DNA of 25,870 nucleotides from an uncultured Ignavibacteriales bacterium (GCA_903915485.1 CAIWTC010000227.1:1-25870); one strand, 5' to 3'; positions 10,658 through 19,792 are shown, counted from the stretch's first letter. Numbers and translations: made by a program. The notes: generated by a model from the sequence alone, not told the origin.

Positions 10658-11263
10658 TTATATTTTTTGAAATAGTTGGGCATCAGGCACAACTTGTTTG
10701 AATAAATGATTTATTTCTACCGGCATTTTTTGAGTCTGCTCGGATGCAAACAGGCCGCCTTCCGAAAGCGAATTATGAAACATTTTTATCACTTCTATTC
10801 TTTCTGGATACTGGAAGTGCAGCAATACATTCTTGCACAAAATGAAACTGAAATTATTATCGATTGGATTGAGTGAAAGTAAATCATGTTTAACATAATT
10901 AACTCTGCAGCGGATGTTTTCATCAATTGCGAAAAATCCCGGTTTACCTTCTAATGGAAAAAAGTATTTTGTAAATATTTCAGGGGGAATTCTTTTCAAC
11001 TCTTCTTCTGAATAGATACCTTCACTAACTATGCTTCCAAAATCCTGACTTTCATCAATATCGCTTGCTACTATTTGAACATTCTTAAATCCGAATTTTC
11101 CCATATTTTCGGCAAGTACTATTGCCAATGTGTATGGTTCAGGACCGTTTGCGCATCCTGCGTCCCATATTCTAATTTTACTTCTGCCTTGAACAAGAGG
11201 GACTAGATTTTTTACTGCATGTTCAATTGTATGCAAGTCCCTGAAAAAAAATGTAAATGCCAT
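10658..11263 (-). CDS. cheR: Short CheR-type methyltransferase (SAM-binding domain only, no N-terminal all-alpha domain)
   Basis: Starts directly at the T-x-FFRD motif (MAFTFFFRD); WDAGCANGPEPYTLA, ASDID, HDLL, LCKNVLLHF. 201 aa. The start lies 1 bp after the cheA stop, so there is no room for an N-domain. Confidence 0.88.
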   Translation of the reverse strand: MAFTFFFRDLHTIEHAVKNLVPLVQGRSKIRIWDAGCANGPEPYTLAIVLAENMGKFGFKNVQIVASDIDESQDFGSIVSEGIYSEEELKRIPPEIFTKYFFPLEGKPGFFAIDENIRCRVNYVKHDLLSLNPIDNNFSFILCKNVLLHFQYPERIEVIKMFHNSLSEGGLFASEQTQKMPVEINHLFKQVVPDAQLFQKI

Positions 11264-11264
11264 A

Positions 11265-13340
11265 TTATGCTACCTGTGTCTTTTCTTCTTTTTCTTCTAA
11301 TTCTGAGAGCTTTTGTACATCCAGCATCAGCGCAATACGACCATCACCTAAGATTGTTGCCCCGCTTATCCCTTCAATATTTCTGTACAATGCGCCCAGT
11401 GTTTTTAATACTGTTTGATGTTGACCAACTACAGAGTCAACTGTAAATCCAATTCGGTTTCCGTTAATTCCTACAATTACAACTTGTTCGATATCCGGTT
11501 TCTCGCCGGGGAATTGGAAGAATTCTCTTAATCTTATATGAGGAACAATTTCACCCCTGACTGAAACTATATTCCTTCCATGACTTGCTTCTGTATCTTT
11601 GCTTGTCAACTCAATACATTCTTCTACTGATGAAAGCGCAAGAATAAAGTATTCATCAGCGACTTGAATAAGCAGTCCATCAATAATTGCAAGTGTTAAA
11701 GGAATTTTCAATGATATTGTCGTTCCCACACCTTGTACTGATTTCATTTCAATACTTCCGCGCAAACCGTCTATTGCTCTTTTAACCACATCCATCCCTA
11801 CGCCGCGGCCTGAAACATTTGTAATTTCTGCCGCTGTTGAGAATCCTGCGCTGAAGACAAGACTGAACAATTCACTTTCAGTTAGCTCAGTTTCCGGAGG
11901 AAGAACTCCCGAAGCAATAGCTTTTTTTCTGACTGCTTCTTTATCAACTCCGGCACCATCATCAGTGATTTGAATAATGACATTTCCACCGGACTGAAAT
12001 GCTTTAAGTTTAATTTTACCTACCCTGTTTTTCCCTGCTGCTATTCGAACCTCAGGCGATTCAATTCCATGGTCCAATGAATTTCTTAGTAAATGAATTA
12101 GTGGATCACTTATTTTTTCAATAACTGTTTTGTCCAATTCTGTTTCTGCACCTTCGGCTATCAACTCTACTTCTTTTCCCAAATCTCTGCTTAAGTCACG
12201 GATTAACCTGTTGAATTTTCCGAAGGTTGTTCCTATAGGTAGCATTCGGATATTAAGTGCAGAGTCTCTCAGGTCCCAAGTAATTCTCTCGACTGATTCG
12301 GAAATATTCATGAGATTAACAATTCCGCTAAGGTTTGCTGCGGAAGTTAATTGCGCCTGAAGCGTTACTAACTCCCCTACTAAGTTTACAAGATGGTCAA
12401 CTTTATCAGCACTTACCCGAAGACTGGAGACAGCTTCCACTTCCTGATGAGTTCTTGTATTATCTGTTCTCTCGATGTCTTTGGTTTTTGCAAAATTGAT
12501 TTGCTGATTAAGAGTAAATACGGAATAAATAGATTTGATATTTTTTTCGGAGTAATCAGTAGCGGCATCTATCTCGTTAAAGAAAAGCTTTTCACCAACT
12601 TCATCTAATGGAGAGGCCTTATCATCAATTTTAAGCACAACAAGTTCAGCATCATCCTCAACGAAGATAAATACATCTTTAATTGTATCTAAACTCTTGG
12701 ATGATGAAAGTATTATGTTCCAAACAGTGTATGACTTTTCAGGGTTAAAATCTGAGTAGTGAGGGAATGAAGAAATATTTGCCCGGATTTTTGCACTTCC
12801 TAATCCGCGCAGTTCATTTATAAGAAATACAGGGTTTGTACCACTCATAAAAATATCTTCAAACGGTTTGAACCTAATATAATAAGTGCTTTGATTGGAT
12901 GATTCAATTACTTCAGGGATAACTCCCGTTTTTCCTTTTGGCGTCTGGACAGTTCCCTTAACTGAATTTGCAATATTTCTAAATGCCTGAATTAATTCTT
13001 TTGCCTCGGTCATTTCTGATAATATTTTTGAGGCATCATCTTCAAGCATTGCTTTTATATAGTCAAGCGACCTTAAAGTAATATCGATTAATTCTTTGTT
13101 CACTGCATATTTACCGGAACGAACGAAATCAAATATGGATTCAACATCATGTGTAAACATGGTTATATCATCATACCCGAACATCCCGCTGCTTCCTTTT
13201 ATTGTGTGTAGCGCGCGGAATACTTTAGCAATGAGTTCTTTGTCGTCCGGGAATTTTTCTAATTCAAGGAGTGATGATTCCAATTCAACCAATAGTTCTG
13301 AAGCTTCCTCTTTGAAAGCTATCCTGTGTTGATCTATCAT
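11265..13340 (-). CDS. cheA: Chemotaxis histidine kinase CheA
   Basis: P1 FRALHTIKGSSG, P3 LRVSADKVDHLVNLVGELV, P4 HLLRNSLDHGIE, DDGAG, GFSTA...VSGRGVGMDVV, P5 CheW-like domain ISGATILGDG. ATGA overlap with cheY. Confidence 0.98.
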   Translation of the reverse strand: MIDQHRIAFKEEASELLVELESSLLELEKFPDDKELIAKVFRALHTIKGSSGMFGYDDITMFTHDVESIFDFVRSGKYAVNKELIDITLRSLDYIKAMLEDDASKILSEMTEAKELIQAFRNIANSVKGTVQTPKGKTGVIPEVIESSNQSTYYIRFKPFEDIFMSGTNPVFLINELRGLGSAKIRANISSFPHYSDFNPEKSYTVWNIILSSSKSLDTIKDVFIFVEDDAELVVLKIDDKASPLDEVGEKLFFNEIDAATDYSEKNIKSIYSVFTLNQQINFAKTKDIERTDNTRTHQEVEAVSSLRVSADKVDHLVNLVGELVTLQAQLTSAANLSGIVNLMNISESVERITWDLRDSALNIRMLPIGTTFGKFNRLIRDLSRDLGKEVELIAEGAETELDKTVIEKISDPLIHLLRNSLDHGIESPEVRIAAGKNRVGKIKLKAFQSGGNVIIQITDDGAGVDKEAVRKKAIASGVLPPETELTESELFSLVFSAGFSTAAEITNVSGRGVGMDVVKRAIDGLRGSIEMKSVQGVGTTISLKIPLTLAIIDGLLIQVADEYFILALSSVEECIELTSKDTEASHGRNIVSVRGEIVPHIRLREFFQFPGEKPDIEQVVIVGINGNRIGFTVDSVVGQHQTVLKTLGALYRNIEGISGATILGDGRIALMLDVQKLSELEEKEEKTQVA

Positions 13341-13702
13341 GGGAGAACCTTTTTGATTACTGAAATTAACTGTTCAGGCTTGAACGGTTTGACTATCCAT
13401 CCCGAAGCACCCGCAGACTTACCTTCAAGTTTTTTTTCTTGCTGTGACTCGGTAGTAAGCATAATGATTGGAATGAATTTATACTGTGCTTTTTTTCTTA
13501 CTTCCTTAATCAGCCCAATCCCATCTAAGTGCGGCATGTTTAAATCAGTAATAAGCATATCAACTTTTTTGCTGTCAATTTTAGACAGCGCATCTCTGCC
13601 GTCACAGGCTTCAACAACATCATAACCGGCTTCAGTAAGTGTGAAGGCAATCATCTGACGAACACTTGCGGAATCATCAGCAGTCATAATACATTTAGGC
13701 AT
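13337..13702 (-). CDS. cheY: Chemotaxis response regulator CheY
   Basis: ADDSASVRQM, ITDLNMP, MLTTES, GASGWIVKPF; directly upstream of cheA. Confidence 0.95.
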   Translation of the reverse strand: MPKCIMTADDSASVRQMIAFTLTEAGYDVVEACDGRDALSKIDSKKVDMLITDLNMPHLDGIGLIKEVRKKAQYKFIPIIMLTTESQQEKKLEGKSAGASGWIVKPFKPEQLISVIKKVLP

Positions 13703-14045
13703 TTACTTCTTCTCCTGCTTTTAGAATCATAGAATTATACATTTCAGCTCTAAAGTCAGAAAATGCACATTCCAACATGGGCTCCTCAATAGCTTTTACA
13801 AAAGCATCGCTGAATTCAATTTTGAAACCTGAGTTTACCATTGTTAGCCAAAAAGAATACAACAGTTGGCAGAATGAGAAATCGACTTCAACTTCACCAT
13901 CACACATGATAGAAGTTTTGGAGGGCTTTGCATTTAATATTTGATCGAGCATCTCCTTCAATTCAGAGATGTTAGAAATCGTTAAAGACTTCTCAAACTC
14001 AAAATGCATTTTCTTTTCTTGTTTATATATCTCTATAATCAGCAT
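13695..14045 (-). CDS. STAS-domain protein of chemosensory cluster
   Basis: LTISNISELKEML...EVDFSFCQLL resembles the STAS_2 pattern (LTIxxxxELK...xD(S/T)xxxQLL). Position upstream of cheY is typical. Start could be 14009. Confidence 0.7.
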   Translation of the reverse strand: MLIIEIYKQEKKMHFEFEKSLTISNISELKEMLDQILNAKPSKTSIMCDGEVEVDFSFCQLLYSFWLTMVNSGFKIEFSDAFVKAIEEPMLECAFSDFRAEMYNSMILKAGEEVNA

Positions 14046-14061
14046 ATAATTATCTCTTTAA

Positions 14062-15822
14062 TTAAAATAGCTCAATATTGTCATCGTCAGAACTTTCCAT
14101 GATAGTAGTCTCAAACATGTTACTTTGATTTACATCGAACATGTTATGAATATCTCTTTCGCTTTGCATGGTGTATTTATTTTTTATTTTCTCAATATAT
14201 TCGATATTGTTATCGTCCATACTTGCATCAAAGTCCCCTAGCAGTTCCTGAAGCATACTCGTTGCAGAGTCTAATCCCTGTGAAACTTTAATATGAACTG
14301 ATATCTGATTTGATGTTAATATTAGTGCACCGCTTAATTCTTTTATTTTCAACTGCAGCGTTGCCAACTCTTTCATTACAGTTTGCTCATAGACTTTTGC
14401 CTCATCTAAATGAGCACGAACCTCGGTATCAATATTTCTAAGTTCAGTAAACAATTTATCTTTTAAGGTCGATTGAATATTCGCCTGCACTGATTCTGAT
14501 ATTTCCATGATTTTTTTGAGCAGTGAAGCGGTTTTTTCTGATTGGTCTTTTGATTGAGTTGAAATCTTTTGGATAGTATCTGCAATTACCCCAAGCGCCG
14601 CACCTTCCGAGCCAGTGTGAGCCGCTTTAATACTTGCGTTTACGGCAATTAGTTCTATCTCGCTTCCGATTTCTTCTATCTCATAAATGAATGTGCTTAG
14701 ATACTGCGAAGTATTAACTACATCCTTAATTGATTCTGAAAGTTCAACGGATATTTGATTACATTTTTTCAACTCTACATCAACTTCTCCCATGTAGCGG
14801 ACTAAATCAAGTAAGAACTTTATAGAAGATGCATCTTCAGAGCCTATAATAGCAAGCGTATTATAGAACATACTTTCAACATTAGAGCCGATTGCCTGAA
14901 GATTTTCAATTAAATCATTGACGGCACCGCAGAATATTCGGTTTGAGTTATGCAACTGGGCAATTTGCAACTTCCCGACTCTTTGTAGCAAAATAATTTT
15001 CTGCTCGTCATTTTCATTATTGTCTAGTTCTTCAAGCAATTCAGCAAAAGCTGTGTCGACATGTTCAAGTTGCTGTCTGGTAATATCATGAAACTGGATA
15101 TTGCTAACTACCGCGTTCATATTCGAAGCAATATTTGAACTGTCTTCTTTTATTAATACTATTTTACTGGCATACACTTCATATTTATCAGATAGAAGTG
15201 TTAAGCAGTTCTCAATTTTCGATAGGATATCTTTTGTCGAAATATTTTCCCGTTGAGAGAACTCTTTAATCTTATCATTTACCTGCTGAATAAACTGCGC
15301 AAGTTTTTTTATGCTATCTTTTATTACGCCAGTTTTTTCCTGCACTATACCCGAAAGTTTCTCAACATTTGTAGCAATAACTTCAAAGGAATTATTTTCA
15401 GTGAATATTCTAATTGATTCAATACGGGTGGATATACTGAGCATTTTAAGATGTTTGATAATTCTTTTGTAACCGCTTAGGTCTTCATCTAACTGTTGTA
15501 GGATGGTAAGAGTGGTTGCAAGAACTGTTTCGCTTTTCTTAAGTTCTTCTTCAAAGTGTACTAAATATGAGTTGATTTTTTCCGACATCATTTCGATTTG
15601 CCGGTTGCTTTTGGTGAGTAATTCTGTTGAAAACGAATCAGCTATTTTTGTGCTGCTGCTATGAATAACCTTTGAGCTGGAATAAAATCCCTGAAGTTTT
15701 TGACCTATCTCAATAAACTCAGATTCGGTTCCATGAATAATATCATTCAAAATTGATTGAACACGCGCTAAAACTGAGCCGGATTGCTCTAAGTTATTGC
15801 TCTCGTGATGATTATTTAGCAC
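14062..15822 (-). CDS. Atypical soluble MCP-like coiled-coil protein with two degenerate signalling hairpins
   Basis: No TM segment. Tip-like motifs LKMLSISTRIESIR...SFEVIATNVEKLS and IELIAVNASIKAAHTGSEGAALGVIADTIQKIS; QFHDITRQQLEHV; C-terminal YTMQSERDIH...DDDNIELF. GTG start. Confidence 0.75.
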   Translation of the reverse strand: MLNNHHESNNLEQSGSVLARVQSILNDIIHGTESEFIEIGQKLQGFYSSSKVIHSSSTKIADSFSTELLTKSNRQIEMMSEKINSYLVHFEEELKKSETVLATTLTILQQLDEDLSGYKRIIKHLKMLSISTRIESIRIFTENNSFEVIATNVEKLSGIVQEKTGVIKDSIKKLAQFIQQVNDKIKEFSQRENISTKDILSKIENCLTLLSDKYEVYASKIVLIKEDSSNIASNMNAVVSNIQFHDITRQQLEHVDTAFAELLEELDNNENDEQKIILLQRVGKLQIAQLHNSNRIFCGAVNDLIENLQAIGSNVESMFYNTLAIIGSEDASSIKFLLDLVRYMGEVDVELKKCNQISVELSESIKDVVNTSQYLSTFIYEIEEIGSEIELIAVNASIKAAHTGSEGAALGVIADTIQKISTQSKDQSEKTASLLKKIMEISESVQANIQSTLKDKLFTELRNIDTEVRAHLDEAKVYEQTVMKELATLQLKIKELSGALILTSNQISVHIKVSQGLDSATSMLQELLGDFDASMDDNNIEYIEKIKNKYTMQSERDIHNMFDVNQSNMFETTIMESSDDDNIELF

Positions 15823-15886
15823 AAATTACTACTTTCAAAGTTGTCCTATTTAGTATAGATTCAAAATAATGGTACTCTTTGAAGTA

Positions 15887-15913
15887 TTATCGATTATTTA
15901 AGGAAGGTTTTTA
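15887..15913 (-). promoter_or_regulatory. Putative sigma-28 (FliA-type) promoter of the chemosensory operon
   Basis: Minus strand TAAA-N15-ATCGATAA versus consensus TAAA-N15-GCCGATAA, about 65 bp upstream of the first che gene. Confidence 0.5.
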
Positions 15914-15977
15914 ATGGATAGAAGTGGGTATATTGAGGTACTATAAATGGTTATATTAGTTGCTGTTAGCAACTATT

Positions 15978-16637
15978 CTAAGGGGGCGTCAGATTGTTAG
16001 TAATCGCATAGTTTACTAACTCAGCTGTGTTTTTCATTTTTAGTTTATGCAGAATATTCTTACGGTGCTTGCTTACCGTGAAATAACTTATAAATAATTT
16101 GTCCGCTATTTCCTGACTAGTCATTCCTTTTGCAATCAACTTTATAATTTCTATTTCGCGAAATGTCAGGAATACCCTCTCGCCTTTTTCATTCTTGATA
16201 TTGTCAGTTGATTCCTTTCTTAAGTCAGAAAGCAGTGCTTTGGATGCAATTTCATTTACATACTGCTTGCCTTCTGCAATTGTATTAATTGCATCAAAGA
16301 AGTCACTCATATTTGCCATCTTGTTAAGATATCCATCAGCCCCCGCGCTGAATGAATCAAGAATGTATCTTTCCGCTTCATACATCGAAAGAACCAAAAC
16401 TCTTACAGGAAGTTTTTTCTGCCTGATACTCTTCAAAACTTCTAAGCCATTTAACTGCGGCATATTTATGTCAAGTATCAAAACATCAGGATTCAACTCT
16501 TCTACCAACTTCAAGGCAGTTGCGCCGTTATCCGCCTCTCCTATTATTTCGTAGTTTGACTCGGTGGTCAACAAAGTTTTCAAACCATCCCTAAGGATAG
16601 TGTGGTCGTCCGCCAAAAGTATTTTAATTTTTTTCAT
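15978..16637 (-). CDS. NarL/FixJ-family response regulator (REC + LuxR HTH)
   Basis: LLADDHTILRDG, ILDINMP, VLSMY, LTFREIEIIKLIAKGMTSQEIADKLFISYFTVSKHRKNILHKL. Confidence 0.95.
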   Translation of the reverse strand: MKKIKILLADDHTILRDGLKTLLTTESNYEIIGEADNGATALKLVEELNPDVLILDINMPQLNGLEVLKSIRQKKLPVRVLVLSMYEAERYILDSFSAGADGYLNKMANMSDFFDAINTIAEGKQYVNEIASKALLSDLRKESTDNIKNEKGERVFLTFREIEIIKLIAKGMTSQEIADKLFISYFTVSKHRKNILHKLKMKNTAELVNYAITNNLTPP

Positions 16638-18498
16638 AAACCTTGGTTAATGGGAATTCAACAGTTATTGTTGTGCCCTTGCCGGGAGATGAATCAATTG
16701 TAAAATTTCCTCCGAAAATCTCGGCACGACCTTTCATGTTTAATAACCCAAATGACCTGTTTACCCGATGCGCTTCTGGAACAGGTATAAATCCTATACC
16801 ATTATCGATAATTTGCAGAATTAAGTTTAGTTCATTTTCATAAATGCTTATAATCGCCAAGCCTGCCTTTGAATGCTTTAGTATATTATTCATTGCTTCT
16901 TGAATAATACGATAAATATGTAAATGAAAGTTCTTGCTGACTTTTTTTCCTGAAATCTCAGGTTCAAACTTAACTTTAATATTATTTTCTCTTGAAAACT
17001 GCGAAAGCATTAACCCGATTGAGTCCGATAAATTCTCAGTATCCACTACCACAGGATGAATTGAATAGATAATATCCTTTAAACCAAAACCCGCTGCTAA
17101 TATGTTGCTTTTGACTTTGCTCAACAGTTCGTCATTTGACTTATTAACTTTTTCATAGACTTCTAAATTGAACTTGGCAGCAGAAAGTATCTGCCCGATT
17201 CCATCATGCAGGTCACGGGATATTCTCTGCCTCTCGTCCTCAATACTTTGAAATATCATTGAGGAAACTGCTTTCTTCTCAATCAATTCATTTCCAAACT
17301 CCTTAGCCTTATAGTGCTCAGTAAGGTCTTCAACTATATTTACAATTTGAGAGATGGAACCGTCACTGCTGCTTAGAGAGTAATACCGGAGCAATAAGAC
17401 GCTGGCATGTTCCTCCGGCGTTTCGCCATCTAACCTCTCAAAAAATAACGCTGGTGTGGAATAAGAACCACCAAATCGCAGAAGGTCAGAAATATAATTC
17501 TTCAGTCCATAAACCATCAAGTATTCATCAGCGAGTATATCAATCGGCTCTTCAGGATTTTTTGCAGTAAGGGGAGATAATTTAATTTTAGCAACAACAT
17601 TCTGATAAGTTAACTTACCAGAAGAATCAAATGTCCGGATTGCCAGGGGCGATTCATCTATCAAAGTTTTAATTTCTATTCCACGCTCTTCAAAACGCAG
17701 TTCCAATTGCTCTTTTGCTTTGCGAAGGTCTTCTTCTATTTTTTTTCTGTCGGTTATATCCCTGACTATCAGTGTGTAATATCTTTGGTCGTCAACATTC
17801 CATTGTGCAAATGATATTTCCGCAGGGAAAGTAGTACCGTCTTTTTTTCTGGCATCTATTTCGATATATTCGCTCTTTAATGACTTACTGGTATTCAAAA
17901 ACCTTTTGGAGCCTGTTTCAAAATGATTAACAAATGTATCGGGTAATATCTTTTTCAAATGCTCTCCGATTAACTCATCTTCCTCATGCTGAAACTGGTC
18001 AACTGCTTTTGGATTTAGCGATATGATATAACCATCTTCGTTGAGTGTCAGCACTGTATCTGTAGCAGTAAGTATAAGCGTGCGGTACTTTAATTCACTA
18101 AGATATAGTTCCCGCTCCATCTTGTTTTTATATAAAGCGATTTCCATAAGATTAAACAAATCCTTGAAATCGATTGGCTTGGTGATGTAGCCGTAAGGTT
18201 CTGAAATTTTTGCCCTTTGTATTGTGGTGTCATCAATACTGGCAGTGAGAAATATTACCGGGATGTTGTAAAGCGACTTGACTTGTTTTGCTGCACGGAT
18301 TCCATCCATTCCCCCTCTTAAATTAATATCCATCAGAATGATATCGGGTCTGTCTTTTTTTATTGTGAGGAAAAGCGAATCACCGTTATTTGTTATACCT
18401 ATTACTTCATAGCCTTCGAGCAGTAATCTTGCTTTTAAATTTGCAGCAACAATTACCTCATCTTCAACAATGAAAACTTTTCCTTTTGACTCAGTCAT
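16624..18498 (-). CDS. Hybrid sensor kinase REC-PAS-(PAS-like)-HisKA_3-HATPase
   Basis: REC (IVEDE, LMDINL), PAS/PAC, H-box ERQRISRDLHDGIGQIL, QEAMNNILKHS, DNGIGF, FGLLNMKGRA. Overlaps the NarL gene by 14 bp. Confidence 0.92.
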   Translation of the reverse strand: MTESKGKVFIVEDEVIVAANLKARLLLEGYEVIGITNNGDSLFLTIKKDRPDIILMDINLRGGMDGIRAAKQVKSLYNIPVIFLTASIDDTTIQRAKISEPYGYITKPIDFKDLFNLMEIALYKNKMERELYLSELKYRTLILTATDTVLTLNEDGYIISLNPKAVDQFQHEEDELIGEHLKKILPDTFVNHFETGSKRFLNTSKSLKSEYIEIDARKKDGTTFPAEISFAQWNVDDQRYYTLIVRDITDRKKIEEDLRKAKEQLELRFEERGIEIKTLIDESPLAIRTFDSSGKLTYQNVVAKIKLSPLTAKNPEEPIDILADEYLMVYGLKNYISDLLRFGGSYSTPALFFERLDGETPEEHASVLLLRYYSLSSSDGSISQIVNIVEDLTEHYKAKEFGNELIEKKAVSSMIFQSIEDERQRISRDLHDGIGQILSAAKFNLEVYEKVNKSNDELLSKVKSNILAAGFGLKDIIYSIHPVVVDTENLSDSIGLMLSQFSRENNIKVKFEPEISGKKVSKNFHLHIYRIIQEAMNNILKHSKAGLAIISIYENELNLILQIIDNGIGFIPVPEAHRVNRSFGLLNMKGRAEIFGGNFTIDSSPGKGTTITVEFPLTKVYEKN

Positions 18499-18528
18499 AT
18501 CTTTGCTGCAAATTTTGATTTTGTGATA

Positions 18529-18960
18529 TTAGTTCTTTTCAAGAATTTCTTTAGTTTTTTCAAGTAGCTCTGCACGAGTATAAGGCTTTGGCAGTTTGTA
18601 TTTGAATACTTCGTTTATCTTCTGCTCCATTTCGTAAGTTAACGAAAAAGCACTGATAGCTATAATAGGAACATTTTCATATCCCGCCTTTGCTCTTATC
18701 AATCCCGCAGTTTCAATTCCATCAGGGCCTTTACCAAGATTAATATCTAAATAAATAATTTTGAATTTTCTGCTTTCTATTAAAGCTAAAGCCTCCTCGC
18801 AATTGCGGGCAATAACGGGTTCGTAATTTAACTTCAAAGCCATTGATGTAAACATCGCATTCACATAATTATCCTCGATAATTAATACTGCTTCTTTTGG
18901 GGAAGTATTTTCCGGTTTTTCCTGAATGTTCAATGTGTGGTTTCTATCTGATAAAAACAA
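18529..18960 (-). CDS. Single-domain response regulator (REC)
   Basis: LIIEDN, YLDINLG, IIAISA, LPKPY. TTG start uncertain. Confidence 0.82.
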   Translation of the reverse strand: MFLSDRNHTLNIQEKPENTSPKEAVLIIEDNYVNAMFTSMALKLNYEPVIARNCEEALALIESRKFKIIYLDINLGKGPDGIETAGLIRAKAGYENVPIIAISAFSLTYEMEQKINEVFKYKLPKPYTRAELLEKTKEILEKN

Positions 18961-19028
18961 AAATTTAATAAACTGTTATAAATATATAATTCTAACTAAC
19001 AACTTCAAAGAAGTGATTTGTGTGGATT

Positions 19029-19060
19029 ATTGTTTCAAACTCTGCAATTCGCTATCTTTG
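19029..19060 (+). promoter_or_regulatory. Candidate Bacteroidota-type housekeeping promoter (-33/-7)
   Basis: ATTG-N20-TATCTTTG versus consensus TTTG-N19-21-TAnnTTTG, 40 bp upstream of the HAD gene. Confidence 0.4.
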
Positions 19061-19100
19061 TAATTGATTTTTAACTTAATATAGAACACAAATACAAATT

Positions 19101-19748
19101 ATGATTAAAGCAATACTTTTTGACTTAGACGGGGTTATAGTTGATTCCTTACACTTCCATTATCTAGCCTGGAACGAGATGTTCAAGCGCAGAGGCGGAA
19201 GCATTTCTGAGATGAGCGTTCTTATGACAGAAGGCATGAACTCCTTTGAAATACTCCCCCAAATGATGAAAGAAGCAGGAGTGCATATTCCCGATGCTGA
19301 AATTCCAATCTTTGTTGAAGAAAAAAGAGCTCTTTTCAGAGAAATTGCGCAGTTAACATATTATCCTAATGCATTTGAGACCATTGCAGAACTAAGAACA
19401 CGCGGATATATCACAGCTTTGGTTACCGCATGCGCACGAAAAAACATGGAGAAATCTGTCAACACCGAACGGCAGAAACTTTTTGACTTTATTATCAGCG
19501 GCGATGATATCCCAAGAGCAAAACCAAATCCTGACCCATATTTAACCGCACAGAAAAAACTGGGGCTTGAAGTTTCAGAATGTGTAGTTATCGAGAATGC
19601 TCCTCTAGGTGTTGAATCAGCAAAAAATGCAGGCATGATTTGCATCGGGGTTGAATCAACTTTAGGACGGGAGTATCTTACGAAAGCAGATTTCATCGTA
19701 AATGAGATTCAGGAAATTATAGGATTTTTCCCTGTACTCAGACGGTAA
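19101..19748 (+). CDS. HAD-superfamily phosphatase (beta-phosphoglucomutase-like, subfamily IA)
   Basis: Motif I FDLDGVIVDS, ALVTA, KPNPDPY, VVIENAPLGVESAKNAGM. Confidence 0.92.
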   Translation: MIKAILFDLDGVIVDSLHFHYLAWNEMFKRRGGSISEMSVLMTEGMNSFEILPQMMKEAGVHIPDAEIPIFVEEKRALFREIAQLTYYPNAFETIAELRTRGYITALVTACARKNMEKSVNTERQKLFDFIISGDDIPRAKPNPDPYLTAQKKLGLEVSECVVIENAPLGVESAKNAGMICIGVESTLGREYLTKADFIVNEIQEIIGFFPVLRR

Positions 19749-19792
19749 GAATAAATCAGTTAGTCAATGATACTCACACAAATCAGTATTTC

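Noticed and set aside
15957..15975. Hairpin TAGTTGCT-AAC-AGCAACTA right after the NarL stop as terminator
   Set aside because: 8-bp AT-rich stem with 3-nt loop and no U tract on the minus strand; too weak to call.
446..16843. Many short + strand ORFs (e.g. 446-679, 1007-1300, 2350-2631, 5748-6008, 9036-9314, 13326-13625, 16195-16554)
   Set aside because: They lie antisense to well-supported genes, are Ser/Ile/Phe-rich shadow frames and have no recognisable motifs.
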